Of a DNA stretch of 64,000 bases, positions 49,711 through 59,703 are shown piece after piece. Source of the DNA: Leptospiraceae bacterium (GTDB lineage: Bacteria > Spirochaetota > Leptospiria > Leptospirales > Leptonemataceae); the NCBI GenBank assembly GCA_040217195.1, contig JAVJNR010000005.1, positions 320,001 through 384,000 of the forward strand, read 5' to 3'. The notes beneath the pieces were generated by a model. It had not been told where the DNA came from. It saw nothing but the letters and a program-made list of their open reading frames with translations, and did not search any database. Numbering within the stretch: the stretch's first letter is position 1; the number at the start of each line of letters is the position of its first letter. A program made the translations under genes and the position numbers.

Positions 49711-51132
49711 TTAGCCTTTACGGCGTAAATAGGCGGGGATGTCCAGATCATCCTCGCTCACAGTCCTTTTTTTCTCTGCAGATACCCGGTTTCTACCAGC
49801 AGTTCGATAATACTCCTCCGCATCCATAGGAGTGGCCATTCCATTGCCAAAATCGTCTCCAGATACCTTGCGAGCCGGCATGGACTGGCTTCTGGGCGCA
49901 GACTCTGCTTGCTCCAGGTCGAAATCGTCGTAAATTTCCTGCATTCTTGGAACTGCCTGCTCTTCATCGGAACGATAGAATTGACGCATACTTACCACCG
50001 GTGGTGCTTCTGGCTCGGTTTCTGCTTCAGGGAGAGAACTTCCGGAGCGCATTCCACCAGCCTTTCGGGGTCTGCCTTTGAGCTCCTGCTCTGCAGCTTC
50101 CTGCACAGGATGATAGGGCCGAACTCGTCCATCCTCCTGATAGCCCTTCCAGCCCACAGGTTTCTTCTTATTTCCAGACTTATCGAATCCAGTTGCAATT
50201 ACGGTCACTCTCATTCGATCTCTAAGACCTTCATCGATGGTAAGTCCGATGATGATATTTGCCTGAGGATCCACATGAGCTGTGACCAGCTCGGATACAT
50301 CCTTCCATTCAGCCATGCTCAGATCTTCTCCACCGCATACATTGATCAGAACTCCAGTAGCTCCTTCAATGTTCATATCTTCCAGAAGTGCATTGTTGAT
50401 GGCCAGGTTTACGGCATCCATAACACGGTTTTCTCCGATACCTTCTCCAGAACCCATAATTGCATCGCCGGTTTCTGCCATAATGCTTCGCACATCTGCA
50501 AAGTCCACATTCACCAGTCCTGCAGTGTTTATTAAATCAGAGATTCCGCGAACCGCACCTAGCAGGATTTCATCCACCATGCGAAAAGCCACATCAACAG
50601 GAGTGGTTCGATCCACTACTTTGAATATGTGGTCATTCTTGATCGTGATCAGTGTATCCACGTGATCCTTCATGGCCTCCATACCTTTTACAGCATGTTT
50701 CATTCGCCGGGCTCCTTCCATCTGAAATGGAAGTGTGATCACACCCACCGTGAGAGCACCTACGCTACGGGCCACTTCAGCTACGATAGGTGCAGCCCCG
50801 GTTCCGGTACCGCCGCCCATTCCGGCGGTAATAAATACCATATCTGCACCCTTGAGGGTTTGAGCCAGGCGATCCCTGTCTTCCTGGGCTGCTCGCAGAC
50901 CCACCTCTGGATCACCACCGGCACCCATGCCCCGGGTGGTCTTCTGACCGATGACTACCTTTTCTTCTGCGGCTGACAGACGAATCACCTGCTCATCCGT
51001 ATTCACCACTATAAATTCCACGCCTTTCAAATCCGCATCGATCATGCGATTAACGGCATTCATTCCGCCGCCGCCAACTCCCACGACTTTGATTTGCGTA
51101 GGTGAGGTCTTTTCTTCTTCAAGTTGTAACAT
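49711..51132 (-). CDS. ftsZ: Cell division protein FtsZ
   Basis: [37 protein letters not shown] tail. Confidence 0.99.
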   Translation of the reverse strand: MLQLEEEKTSPTQIKVVGVGGGGMNAVNRMIDADLKGVEFIVVNTDEQVIRLSAAEEKVVIGQKTTRGMGAGGDPEVGLRAAQEDRDRLAQTLKGADMVFITAGMGGGTGTGAAPIVAEVARSVGALTVGVITLPFQMEGARRMKHAVKGMEAMKDHVDTLITIKNDHIFKVVDRTTPVDVAFRMVDEILLGAVRGISDLINTAGLVNVDFADVRSIMAETGDAIMGSGEGIGENRVMDAVNLAINNALLEDMNIEGATGVLINVCGGEDLSMAEWKDVSELVTAHVDPQANIIIGLTIDEGLRDRMRVTVIATGFDKSGNKKKPVGWKGYQEDGRVRPYHPVQEAAEQELKGRPRKAGGMRSGSSLPEAETEPEAPPVVSMRQFYRSDEEQAVPRMQEIYDDFDLEQAESAPRSQSMPARKVSGDDFGNGMATPMDAEEYYRTAGRNRVSAEKKRTVSEDDLDIPAYLRRKG

Positions 51133-51266
51133 AGCAAGCTTCCTTTATCTATATTTAGCGCCTCTGTGAATACTCATCTGAGTTTTTATCCAGAAGCGAT
51201 GCAGCCTTCCCGGACTACAGCCCCACCATTCCCATAATGTATGCGCATTGCGCTTTTCTTTCCCAG

Positions 51267-52487
51267 TTAAAGGTTTTCCTGAAACCAGGTCTTTAGCCTG
51301 GATATCAAACCGCCCTGATTTTCTATTTGTTGTGGGGCGGTACCTTCATCTCCCAGACGAGCAGCAAATCGAAGCAGGCCTACTGAAGTAGCATACTCCG
51401 GACTATCCACTCGATCTGAAAATCCTCCCACTTGCGCAGGAGAAGCAACCGTTGCATTTAATCCCAGAATTTCTTCTGCCAGACTCACTGTACCGTCCAG
51501 TAAAGAGGCTCCACCGGTAAGCACCAGGCCTCCAGCCAGAGCATTCTTTTTCCCGGATCGCACAAGTTGCTCATCTATGAATTCGAATATTTCAGTCATT
51601 CTTGGCTCTATGATAGCCGCTATATCCTTGACCAGAACCCAGCGCGGTGGACGACCACTAACTGCTGGAAGCTCAACCTTATCCGTTGGATCCACAAGAT
51701 TGGTCCTTGCGCAACCCATGGTCTTTTTTACAATCTCTGCCTGTTCCAGAGGAAGCTTCAATCCAATGGAGAGATCTTGAGTTACATGAATCCCGCCCAG
51801 AGGTATAACAGAGGAAAAGAATAGTCCACCTTCCAGGTAGATGGCAATGTCGCAAACGCCGCCACCCATATCTACAACTACGGTGCCCAGGTCCTTCTCG
51901 CCGGCAGAAAGACTGGACTCGGAAGAAGCCAGGGAGCTCATTATTCCATCCACCATTCGGATCCCGGCACCATTTACCGCTTTGTTTAGATTCGTAAGAG
52001 CCGTTTTGGCAGCCATTACAATGTGCACTTCCCCTTCCAGCCGCACTCCGGTCATCCCGATGGGGTCTTTGATGCCTGTCTGATCATCCACGCTGAATTC
52101 GCGGGCCAGAACATGAAGGATTTCCTGATCTGCCGGGATGCGAACATACTGGGCTCCTTCGATCACTCGATAGACATCATTTTCGGTTACAACTCTCTCC
52201 CGGTTGGTTATTGCAACTACGCCGCGAGAATTCTCTCCATGCAGATGCTTTCCAGAAACGTTTACATAAGCATCCTGCACCATCATTCCGCTCATGAGCT
52301 CCGCTTCCCGGGCTGCATCAGCTATGGATTGCACAACGTTTTCAATATTGACGACTACCCCTCCGCGAACGCCCCGGGAAGGGACGGCCCCAACGCCTAC
52401 CACTTCCATACCTTCGTCCGCAAGTCGACCAACCACTACTCTCGTAAGGCTGGATCCGATATCTATGGCGCTTAAAAATTCCTTCAT
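51267..52487 (-). CDS. ftsA: Cell division protein FtsA
   Basis: IDIGSS, DPIGMTGVRLE, DMGGG, VLTGGAS. Confidence 0.97.
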   Translation of the reverse strand: MKEFLSAIDIGSSLTRVVVGRLADEGMEVVGVGAVPSRGVRGGVVVNIENVVQSIADAAREAELMSGMMVQDAYVNVSGKHLHGENSRGVVAITNRERVVTENDVYRVIEGAQYVRIPADQEILHVLAREFSVDDQTGIKDPIGMTGVRLEGEVHIVMAAKTALTNLNKAVNGAGIRMVDGIMSSLASSESSLSAGEKDLGTVVVDMGGGVCDIAIYLEGGLFFSSVIPLGGIHVTQDLSIGLKLPLEQAEIVKKTMGCARTNLVDPTDKVELPAVSGRPPRWVLVKDIAAIIEPRMTEIFEFIDEQLVRSGKKNALAGGLVLTGGASLLDGTVSLAEEILGLNATVASPAQVGGFSDRVDSPEYATSVGLLRFAARLGDEGTAPQQIENQGGLISRLKTWFQENL

Positions 52488-53224
52488 TTTCCGGGTAGTA
52501 CCAGAGCGTCGGAACCGCGTAAATCCACAAGTCCTCGACGAATATTTTGATCCTCAAGAAAGGCCACAGTAGCATAAAGCCTGGTAGCCCCGGCAGGACC
52601 GGGAGATTCGGGCAATTCTATGCGAATCCCTGGTTTCCGTGAGTATAGTGTCAATCCACCGGAACGGGTCACTCGCACTTCTGAAATGCGGCCCACCAAT
52701 TCCGGATACTGATTATACACGAATGACCAGAACTGAAAGAAGCCTCGCAGGCGCGGTTGACTGAGACTTAAATCAGTGGGTACATCCGTGCGAAGCAGCG
52801 GAACTCCTCTACATCGCGGAAATTCCCGGGACAGGATTACTGGCCCGGAACCTATGTCAAATACGCCTCCAGATGTTTCCAGAATTGCCAGACATTGCGC
52901 TTCGTTCAATGTCAGAGACAATTCCTGGCCGTCAAAGTCTACATCCACATCCATGATGTACGGATGAGCCTTCAAACGAGCCCGGGCATCATCTAGAAGA
53001 TCTTCATTTAGCTGTTGTCCCAGGCGAAGACCAGAGAGCTCCAGCAACTCTTCCTGCGAAAACAGACGATTGCCTTGAAGATTCAGGCTTTCAATCTTGC
53101 CATCCGGCACCGGAGGAAATAATAATAGCAGAATTCCGGCTATCAAGAATGCAGCCGAGGACAGGGAGAGAAACAGATACAGGTCTCTTTCCCTCCTTTC
53201 CATATGTTCAGGAAAGATTTTCAC
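52484..53224 (-). CDS. ftsQ: Cell division protein FtsQ/DivIB
   Basis: TM, POTRA (GNRLFSQEEL), C-terminal VDLR; directly upstream of ftsA. Confidence 0.8.
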   Translation of the reverse strand: MKIFPEHMERRERDLYLFLSLSSAAFLIAGILLLLFPPVPDGKIESLNLQGNRLFSQEELLELSGLRLGQQLNEDLLDDARARLKAHPYIMDVDVDFDGQELSLTLNEAQCLAILETSGGVFDIGSGPVILSREFPRCRGVPLLRTDVPTDLSLSQPRLRGFFQFWSFVYNQYPELVGRISEVRVTRSGGLTLYSRKPGIRIELPESPGPAGATRLYATVAFLEDQNIRRGLVDLRGSDALVLPGK

Positions 53225-53390
53225 AGCGCGCCTGTGTGCCTTCTTTATTATGTCGCATTAAAAAGAGCAATCAAAAAAAGACCGAAGGCATTTCGGGTCA
53301 GGCCTAAAAAGACTACCGTCGCATGTATAGCATATCATTAGTAATTCGAGGGTTAAAAAAGAGAGATTCGCTTAACATACAATAAGCGAA

Positions 53391-54770
53391 TTATGAAAAA
53401 AGGGCACGGGCCTTCTGCGATACATCCCCGGCGCCTAGAAAAAGTACGATGGACGGTCCATCTATTTCGGTTTCGAATACCTGCCCCGGGTCGTCCAGCA
53501 ACGTTGCGGTGCAGTTCTCGGGCATTTGATTTGCTATCAAAGAAGAGTCCACTCCGTCCAGGGGCTCTTCGCCAGCGCTATAAAGAGGCAGTAAATACAC
53601 TCGATCCGCATGGGCCAGGCTGGAAGCAAATTCAGTGGCAAGCTCTCTGGTTCTAGTGTAGCGATGAGGTTGAAAGATTACCCGAATTTCATGACCGGGA
53701 AATCTCTGTGCCAGGGCATCCAGTACGGCAACGATTTCGGACGGATGATGACCGTAATCATCATACACCGGAATCCCTTTATATTCTCCCAGACATTCCA
53801 GTCTTCGCTCGGTTCCAGGAAAACTGCCCATGGCCTCAATACAATCATCTATATCTAGATCAGGAAATGCCAGGAGCAATAGTCCCAGAACGCCCAGGGC
53901 ATTGGATGCAAAATGTCGTCCAGGAACACTCAGGCGAAAGCGATAGAAATCCATCTCTTGCATCCGGGATTCTGGCCAGCGAATTCTAAATTCAAGGGTA
54001 TCATCGGAGTCGGGAAAATAGCCCGCCAGAAACACCTGGCTTTGCAGGCACTGTTCTTTATTTTCGTAGATTCTATATCCGGCAAGCCCCGTAGAATTTC
54101 TCAATGGAACTAAACCGGAATCGCCGGCATTGAAGATTACGCCAGTGCCCGATCCTTTGACTGCGAATTCCAGAAATGCATTTTGTAGGTTTTCGAAATT
54201 TCCATAGAAATTCAGATGGTCCTGGTCAGCATTCAGAATCAGCCGATGAGTTGCATTGGACTTTAAAAAAGATCCATCCGATTCATCGGTTTCAAAAACA
54301 GCCACAGTCTGGCCGTTTCGAATGGCCCGATCCAGATAGAGTGGACGCCCGCCAGCTATGATGAGTGGCTCCTTTTGCAACTGAATTAGCATCCAGCCTG
54401 CCAGGGCTGTACTGGAAGTCTTTCCATGGGTACCGGCCATGCCCAGCCTCATCGAACAGTGACTCACAAGTTTGTTTAGAAAATCCATTCGGTGCAGAAG
54501 TTCCACTCTGCCCTGCTTTTCCAGTTCCACGGCACGCTGCCTCTCCGGATGAGTCTCGGAGATCGCAGTACTGTATACCACAAGGCCATCTTCAATCCGT
54601 GTCGAATCCGGAGGACCGAATGCCTGAATTCCCTGGCCACGTAATTCTTCCAGGGCAGCACTGCTCAGCTTAGCATCGGAACCAGAGACTAGATACCCGC
54701 GAGTCAATGCCAGACGCGCCAGGGGCAGCATTCCTGATCCGCCAATTCCAACGAAATACACCTTTTTCAT
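53391..54770 (-). CDS. murC: UDP-N-acetylmuramate--L-alanine ligase
   Basis: GIGGSGM, AGTHGKTS, ETDESDGSF, DDYGHHPSE, FQPHRYTR; start may be 54782. Confidence 0.95.
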   Translation of the reverse strand: MKKVYFVGIGGSGMLPLARLALTRGYLVSGSDAKLSSAALEELRGQGIQAFGPPDSTRIEDGLVVYSTAISETHPERQRAVELEKQGRVELLHRMDFLNKLVSHCSMRLGMAGTHGKTSSTALAGWMLIQLQKEPLIIAGGRPLYLDRAIRNGQTVAVFETDESDGSFLKSNATHRLILNADQDHLNFYGNFENLQNAFLEFAVKGSGTGVIFNAGDSGLVPLRNSTGLAGYRIYENKEQCLQSQVFLAGYFPDSDDTLEFRIRWPESRMQEMDFYRFRLSVPGRHFASNALGVLGLLLLAFPDLDIDDCIEAMGSFPGTERRLECLGEYKGIPVYDDYGHHPSEIVAVLDALAQRFPGHEIRVIFQPHRYTRTRELATEFASSLAHADRVYLLPLYSAGEEPLDGVDSSLIANQMPENCTATLLDDPGQVFETEIDGPSIVLFLGAGDVSQKARALFS

Positions 54771-54879
54771 TTCGGATTCCATGGTCCCCGGATAGGTCCG
54801 CAGGCCAGCTTCACAACACCACTCTTTTTCCTGGGAATTGCTTGATCCTGAAAGGGGAACGTACAGAATCCAACGCAAT

Positions 54880-55584
54880 ATGAGAAATTGGAAACTTACT
54901 GCGGCGATATTTATGCTGCTTAGCGCCACACCAGCCATGGCCATTGGCACCTATGCTGAAGGATGGATGGTTGTGAAAAAACTAACCAAGCTGGAAAGCC
55001 AGGGCATTATGTTCGACTCATTCGAAGGGGAACTGATAGCCACCAGTTACAATGACGATGAGCAATGCTCACGCGAAGACTATGAGTGCTATACGCCCAT
55101 TGATCGCACTATCCACTTCAGTGTCCGTCCAGAAAACACAGAAGTAGTCAATTTTTTGCAGCAGAATAAAGATGGAAGTTTTCTGATTCAATATCGCATT
55201 CATAGAATCGAAAACCTGGGTTTGAATACTGACTTCGAAATCGTAAAGGCTATGAAACCAGGAACTTCTGAAACGAAACCTGCTGAAAAGATGATGGTGG
55301 ATAAAACCGGCTCCAGACAATTTTCATTCAAAGGTCGCTTTCTTCAGCTGGATGAGCAGGGAACCTTTATAGGCACCCATGAAGGGCTTTATCTGGATGA
55401 AAAAACCGGCAAAGTGCATCCCTTCTCTGTAACCAACGAAGGCATGGCCAAGCATATTTATGATGTAATGAAATCCGGAAAATCTGTATACATTGGCATT
55501 TCAGATGCAATTGTTACCGGCTTTCGCAAATCGGATTACGACGTTTATGAAGTAAACGAACAGGAACCTGCAGGAATGCAGTAA
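54880..55584 (+). CDS. Secreted protein resembling leptospiral surface adhesin Lsa26
   Basis: Signal ending AMA; GTYAEGW, FSVRPEN, GLYLDE..GKVHPFS, RKSDYD (similarity recalled, not searched). Confidence 0.65.
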   Translation: MRNWKLTAAIFMLLSATPAMAIGTYAEGWMVVKKLTKLESQGIMFDSFEGELIATSYNDDEQCSREDYECYTPIDRTIHFSVRPENTEVVNFLQQNKDGSFLIQYRIHRIENLGLNTDFEIVKAMKPGTSETKPAEKMMVDKTGSRQFSFKGRFLQLDEQGTFIGTHEGLYLDEKTGKVHPFSVTNEGMAKHIYDVMKSGKSVYIGISDAIVTGFRKSDYDVYEVNEQEPAGMQ

Positions 55585-55817
55585 ATTCTTTTGACCCCGG
55601 GCAGTTCGCGATCGCGGCTGCCCTACCTCTATCAATCTATAGAATTTAAAGGCCATTTAGTAGTACACTGTAAGCAGGTATCATGCCAGTGAACTTTAAT
55701 GCCTTTCCTTTCACCGACCGGACCTGGATCAGGAATTTCCTGACCTTTATGCGCTTTCATCAGTACAGAAGCACTCTGAGCTTTAATAGAATCGAGATCA
55801 GGTTTAATGACGCTTTA

Positions 55818-56972
55818 TTATTCCGACTGAAAATCCGCCAGAATTCTATCTAGAATCTTCTGCGAAGCATCCGGTCGGGCCAGTGATTTGCTAATGCCGG
55901 CCATTTCTTTGAGCTTCTTACCTTCCAGTGAAGCCAGGCTTTCATACAGGAGGTCTCCTGCGCTGCCGGTTGTGTCGATCATTAAAGCCGCACCGGCCAG
56001 TTGAACATAACTTGCATTTTCCTTTTGATGCGAATCTGTAGCAAAAGGGTAAGGTATAAGAACCATGGGCAATCCAAACAAGAAGGCTTCTGTAAGCACT
56101 CCGGCGCCTGCTCTACAGACGATTAGATCTGCTTCGCGATAAAATCGATGTATATCCGGATCAAATCCGATTACTTGAATATTTCTCTTACCAGAGAATG
56201 ATTCTTTCATGGACTGTTCATTCCTTAGTCCTGCCTGCAATACCCAGCGATACCTGTTAAAAAAGGCGGATTCTCGCTGACAGAGATCCAGAATCATCTC
56301 ATTGATTTGCGTGGCGCCCTGACTTCCGCCGGCAACTAGAATTCGCAATCCCTTGCCGGAAGGAAAACTTGCAGATCGGTTGCCGGAGCTGGTATCCTTT
56401 CCAGTCTCTTTGCCGGATACTGAGGATTTGGATCTTTCTGAACCTTTCTTTTTCCCGGACAAAGAAGAGTGACTGATTTTGCCCAGAAAGGACTGGCGTA
56501 GCGGATTGCCCACCACCGGCCAACCCGGACTATGACTTCTCCCGGACAATGGAATATTCAGAAATACGGTTCTGGCGAATCGAGCAAATAGCCTGTTGGC
56601 GCGACCCAGGACGGCATTTTGCTCACAGAGATATATGGGTATGCGAAACAATACAGCAGCCAGTCCGGCAGGCAGGCAGGGAAACCCGCCCATTAGAATG
56701 ATAACATCTTTCTTTCGCACCAGGGGAATTGCGCGAAACATTGCAGTTAGCAGTCTGATAGGGAAAATCAAAATCTTGCGAAGGTTTAAAGTGGGTGCAT
56801 TGTAGAAATGCACCGGATAAGACGCAGAAAGCAAGTCCGGGTAATTGGAGTTTTTATTCAGACTTAGAAAATCGACAGCCAGGCCGGCATTCTGTAAATG
56901 GGCCGCTAGAGCAGTTCCAGGGGAAAGATGACCACCGGTTCCTCCGGCTACTACCAGTATTCCAGGTTTCAT
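55818..56972 (-). CDS. murG: Lipid I GlcNAc transferase
   Basis: GGTGGH, EQNA..GRAN, GNPLR, GGSQGA, RAGA, HQKENA. Confidence 0.95.
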   Translation of the reverse strand: MKPGILVVAGGTGGHLSPGTALAAHLQNAGLAVDFLSLNKNSNYPDLLSASYPVHFYNAPTLNLRKILIFPIRLLTAMFRAIPLVRKKDVIILMGGFPCLPAGLAAVLFRIPIYLCEQNAVLGRANRLFARFARTVFLNIPLSGRSHSPGWPVVGNPLRQSFLGKISHSSLSGKKKGSERSKSSVSGKETGKDTSSGNRSASFPSGKGLRILVAGGSQGATQINEMILDLCQRESAFFNRYRWVLQAGLRNEQSMKESFSGKRNIQVIGFDPDIHRFYREADLIVCRAGAGVLTEAFLFGLPMVLIPYPFATDSHQKENASYVQLAGAALMIDTTGSAGDLLYESLASLEGKKLKEMAGISKSLARPDASQKILDRILADFQSE

Positions 56973-56978
56973 GCCAGT

Positions 56979-58355
56979 TCAAAGTCTCCTGGCGCGGCCC
57001 AGAGGCAAGGTCTTCTCCTGGCCGGACAGTCTTGACTTTGCGGCTGAATAGGATCCCTCCGGAGGAGGACCGCCTGGAACATTCATTTCAAAGGATACCG
57101 AATTCTTTGAGGCCGGCTCCGATGCAGGCGCAGAAATAGCTGGCTCAGCCATACCCTCCATGTGCTGAGCCTCGGTTCGGTTCTTTTCAGGTTTTATTCT
57201 GGAAGGAACTGTAACTGGCCTGGCATCGTCCGGAAGCGCGGTGGCCTGCCAGAGCAATCCGCAAAGTGCATAAGATACAATTAATGAAGATCCTCCGTAA
57301 CTTACAAAAGGTAAACTAATACCGGTGGTGGGAATCAGCCCGGTAACGACGGATAGATTGACTACCACCTGCAAAAACAGGATGGTTACCGCAGAACAAC
57401 CCAGCAAGAACAGATACTCATCTTTCTGCCTGCGAAGAAGAATAATGGAGCGCCAGAGCAAACAAAAATAGAGTCCCAGAAGAACGAAGACTCCTGCAAA
57501 GCCAAAATCCTCAGAGAAAAGTGCCAGTACAAAGTCCGTATGGCCAAAAGTGAGATACCTGTGACCAAAGCCCGATGCCAGTTCCTGACCGAACCAGCCA
57601 CCTTCGCCAAAAGCACGAAATGCTGTAACCAGCTGATACCCTCCTGAGTATCGATATTCATAGGGATTTAGCCAGACCTGAAATCGTTCAAACCGATACT
57701 CCCAGAGTACAAGTAGCATGGCAAGGAGAGGCAATAGAGATAGTCCCAGAAGGACCAGGCGCAGTACAGGAAAGCCGGCCACAAATATGAGAACCGAAAT
57801 TACGGAAATCAGAGTTAACGTAGTACCATACTGAGGTTCCAGAAGAATGGCAGCCAGTACAGAACCCACCAGAACAAGGGAGCGAAGCAACTCCTTCAAC
57901 GAGAATTGCTCGAATTGACCTTTGCGATCCAGAAGAATAACTGAAACGTAGAGCACCAGTGCAACCTTGGCAAATTCCGAGGGCTGAAAGGAAAAGAATC
58001 CCAGGTCAATCCATCGATGAAAACTGTCCCGGGAGGATGCTACAGACCGACCAACGCCAGGAACAAATACCAGAAGCAAAAGTGCAAGTGCTACTAGCAT
58101 GGAAGGCAGAGCCAGCTTGCGCAGCATCCCGGGAGAAAAAGATGCTATGATAAAAAATCCAACAATCCCGGCAACGGAGAAGACTGCCTGACGTTTCGCA
58201 TAGAAGTACGGATCATCAAGATCCAGGTTGGCCTGCAGCGCAGAGGCAGAGAGCAAAATCATCAGACCCACGCCGCCCAGTACAAGTGTATTCAGGAAAA
58301 TCCAGAAATCTGGCTTTCTTACCTGACTACTGTCTGCTGCAGCCGGGCCAATCAT
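56979..58355 (-). CDS. ftsW: SEDS peptidoglycan polymerase FtsW
   Basis: RWI..FQPSEFAK, HTDF, GISLPFVSYGGSS; position in the dcw cluster. Confidence 0.93.
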   Translation of the reverse strand: MIGPAAADSSQVRKPDFWIFLNTLVLGGVGLMILLSASALQANLDLDDPYFYAKRQAVFSVAGIVGFFIIASFSPGMLRKLALPSMLVALALLLLVFVPGVGRSVASSRDSFHRWIDLGFFSFQPSEFAKVALVLYVSVILLDRKGQFEQFSLKELLRSLVLVGSVLAAILLEPQYGTTLTLISVISVLIFVAGFPVLRLVLLGLSLLPLLAMLLVLWEYRFERFQVWLNPYEYRYSGGYQLVTAFRAFGEGGWFGQELASGFGHRYLTFGHTDFVLALFSEDFGFAGVFVLLGLYFCLLWRSIILLRRQKDEYLFLLGCSAVTILFLQVVVNLSVVTGLIPTTGISLPFVSYGGSSLIVSYALCGLLWQATALPDDARPVTVPSRIKPEKNRTEAQHMEGMAEPAISAPASEPASKNSVSFEMNVPGGPPPEGSYSAAKSRLSGQEKTLPLGRARRL

Positions 58356-59701
58356 GACTTGTACTCCTCTACAAGTTTACGAAAATGATCACCTCTCTGC
58401 TCGTAGTTTCTGTATTGGTCCTGGGAGGGGCATCCAGGACTTAGAAGTACTACAGGAAGTTCATCTGGCACAGCTGCCAGCGAAGGAGTTTGCCTGGAAG
58501 CTGCAGCGCAAGCCGCCGAAAAAGCAGAGGGAAGATCTGCGAAGCAGTCGCTGGTTCCAACCTGGCGCTGGATTGCCGGTCCTGCCTGGCCAAAAGGGTA
58601 TATGGAATGCCCCGCATCCGGCTGAAACGATGCAAAGTCCGCCTTCTTATCCAGCCCTCCCATTAGTATATGCAATGGTCGGCCGGAAAAGGAGTCCAGG
58701 GCCATACGAGCAGATTGAGCAGTCGTAGCTTTGCTATCGTTTATAAAAAGAATGCCCGCTTTTTGAGCCACAACTTCCATTCTATGCGGTAAGCCCCGAA
58801 ATGTTGAAATGGCGGTTTTAATGGATTCCAGCTGTTCATCCCAGGAAATTCTATTTCGTATAAAATAATCCTGGATCATGCGAAGCGAAAATAGGAGGTT
58901 CCACTGGTTATGTTTTCCGGGTATGGTCAATGAATCCAGACAGTCTTCGTAACCCTGAGCGAAACTGCTCACATCCAGCCTTTCCAGTCTGCCATGAAGC
59001 TGATCAAATTCAGCAAGGAAGGGAAATTCATCTGCGATAATCAGTAAATCCTCTGTTCCCTGCATTTTTCCTATGTTAGATTTTGCAATTGCATAATCAT
59101 CGATGGATTCATACCGATCCAGGTGAGCAGAAGCCAGGTTCAGAATGCAGGCAGTATTCGGATGAAAATAATGGATGGATTCCAGTTGAAAGCTGGAGCA
59201 TTCCACAACCAGGATGTCAGGAACTCCGTCCAGAACCACCTGCGAAAGTGGAAGACCAATGTTTCCGCAGGCCACTACCGACGGAGCGAAGGGAAGGCCC
59301 CTTAATATGTGCTCGGTCAAACTTACGGTGGTGGATTTTCCGTCGGTACCGGTCACCGCGAATACGTAAGGTTTTTTTCCCTGCTCTTCCATAATATGAA
59401 AAGCCAGGTCCAGCTCACCAAATACAGGTATACCCCGGCTGCTTGCCGCTTCAAAAATGGGCAGCGAAAGTGGAACCCCGGGAGCAGTAATCAAATACTC
59501 GGCTTCGAACTGATCCAGAATCGAAGAACCTTGCTCGGGACGAAAATCAGCATCCACCGGTACCGATGGTTTTCCTTCCTGACTTTGATCGGTTATGGCA
59601 ATAGAAGCGCCCAGCTCATGAAGCAATTCCTGAAGGCTTCTGCCGGATTTGCCCATGGCACCCATAATGAGTACCCTTTTTCTTTCCAGAAAAGAGGCCA
59701 T
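58352..59701 (-). CDS. murD: UDP-MurNAc-L-Ala--D-Glu ligase
   Basis: TGTDGKSTT, GNIG, ECSSFQL, HLDRY, NDSKAT, LSPGC. Confidence 0.96.
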   Translation of the reverse strand: MASFLERKRVLIMGAMGKSGRSLQELLHELGASIAITDQSQEGKPSVPVDADFRPEQGSSILDQFEAEYLITAPGVPLSLPIFEAASSRGIPVFGELDLAFHIMEEQGKKPYVFAVTGTDGKSTTVSLTEHILRGLPFAPSVVACGNIGLPLSQVVLDGVPDILVVECSSFQLESIHYFHPNTACILNLASAHLDRYESIDDYAIAKSNIGKMQGTEDLLIIADEFPFLAEFDQLHGRLERLDVSSFAQGYEDCLDSLTIPGKHNQWNLLFSLRMIQDYFIRNRISWDEQLESIKTAISTFRGLPHRMEVVAQKAGILFINDSKATTAQSARMALDSFSGRPLHILMGGLDKKADFASFQPDAGHSIYPFGQAGPAIQRQVGTSDCFADLPSAFSAACAAASRQTPSLAAVPDELPVVLLSPGCPSQDQYRNYEQRGDHFRKLVEEYKS

Positions 59702-59703
59702 AC

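Noticed and set aside
51232..51252. dif-like sequence (CATAATGTATGCGCA)
   Set aside because: Shares words with E. coli dif but lacks the 11-6-11 arrangement
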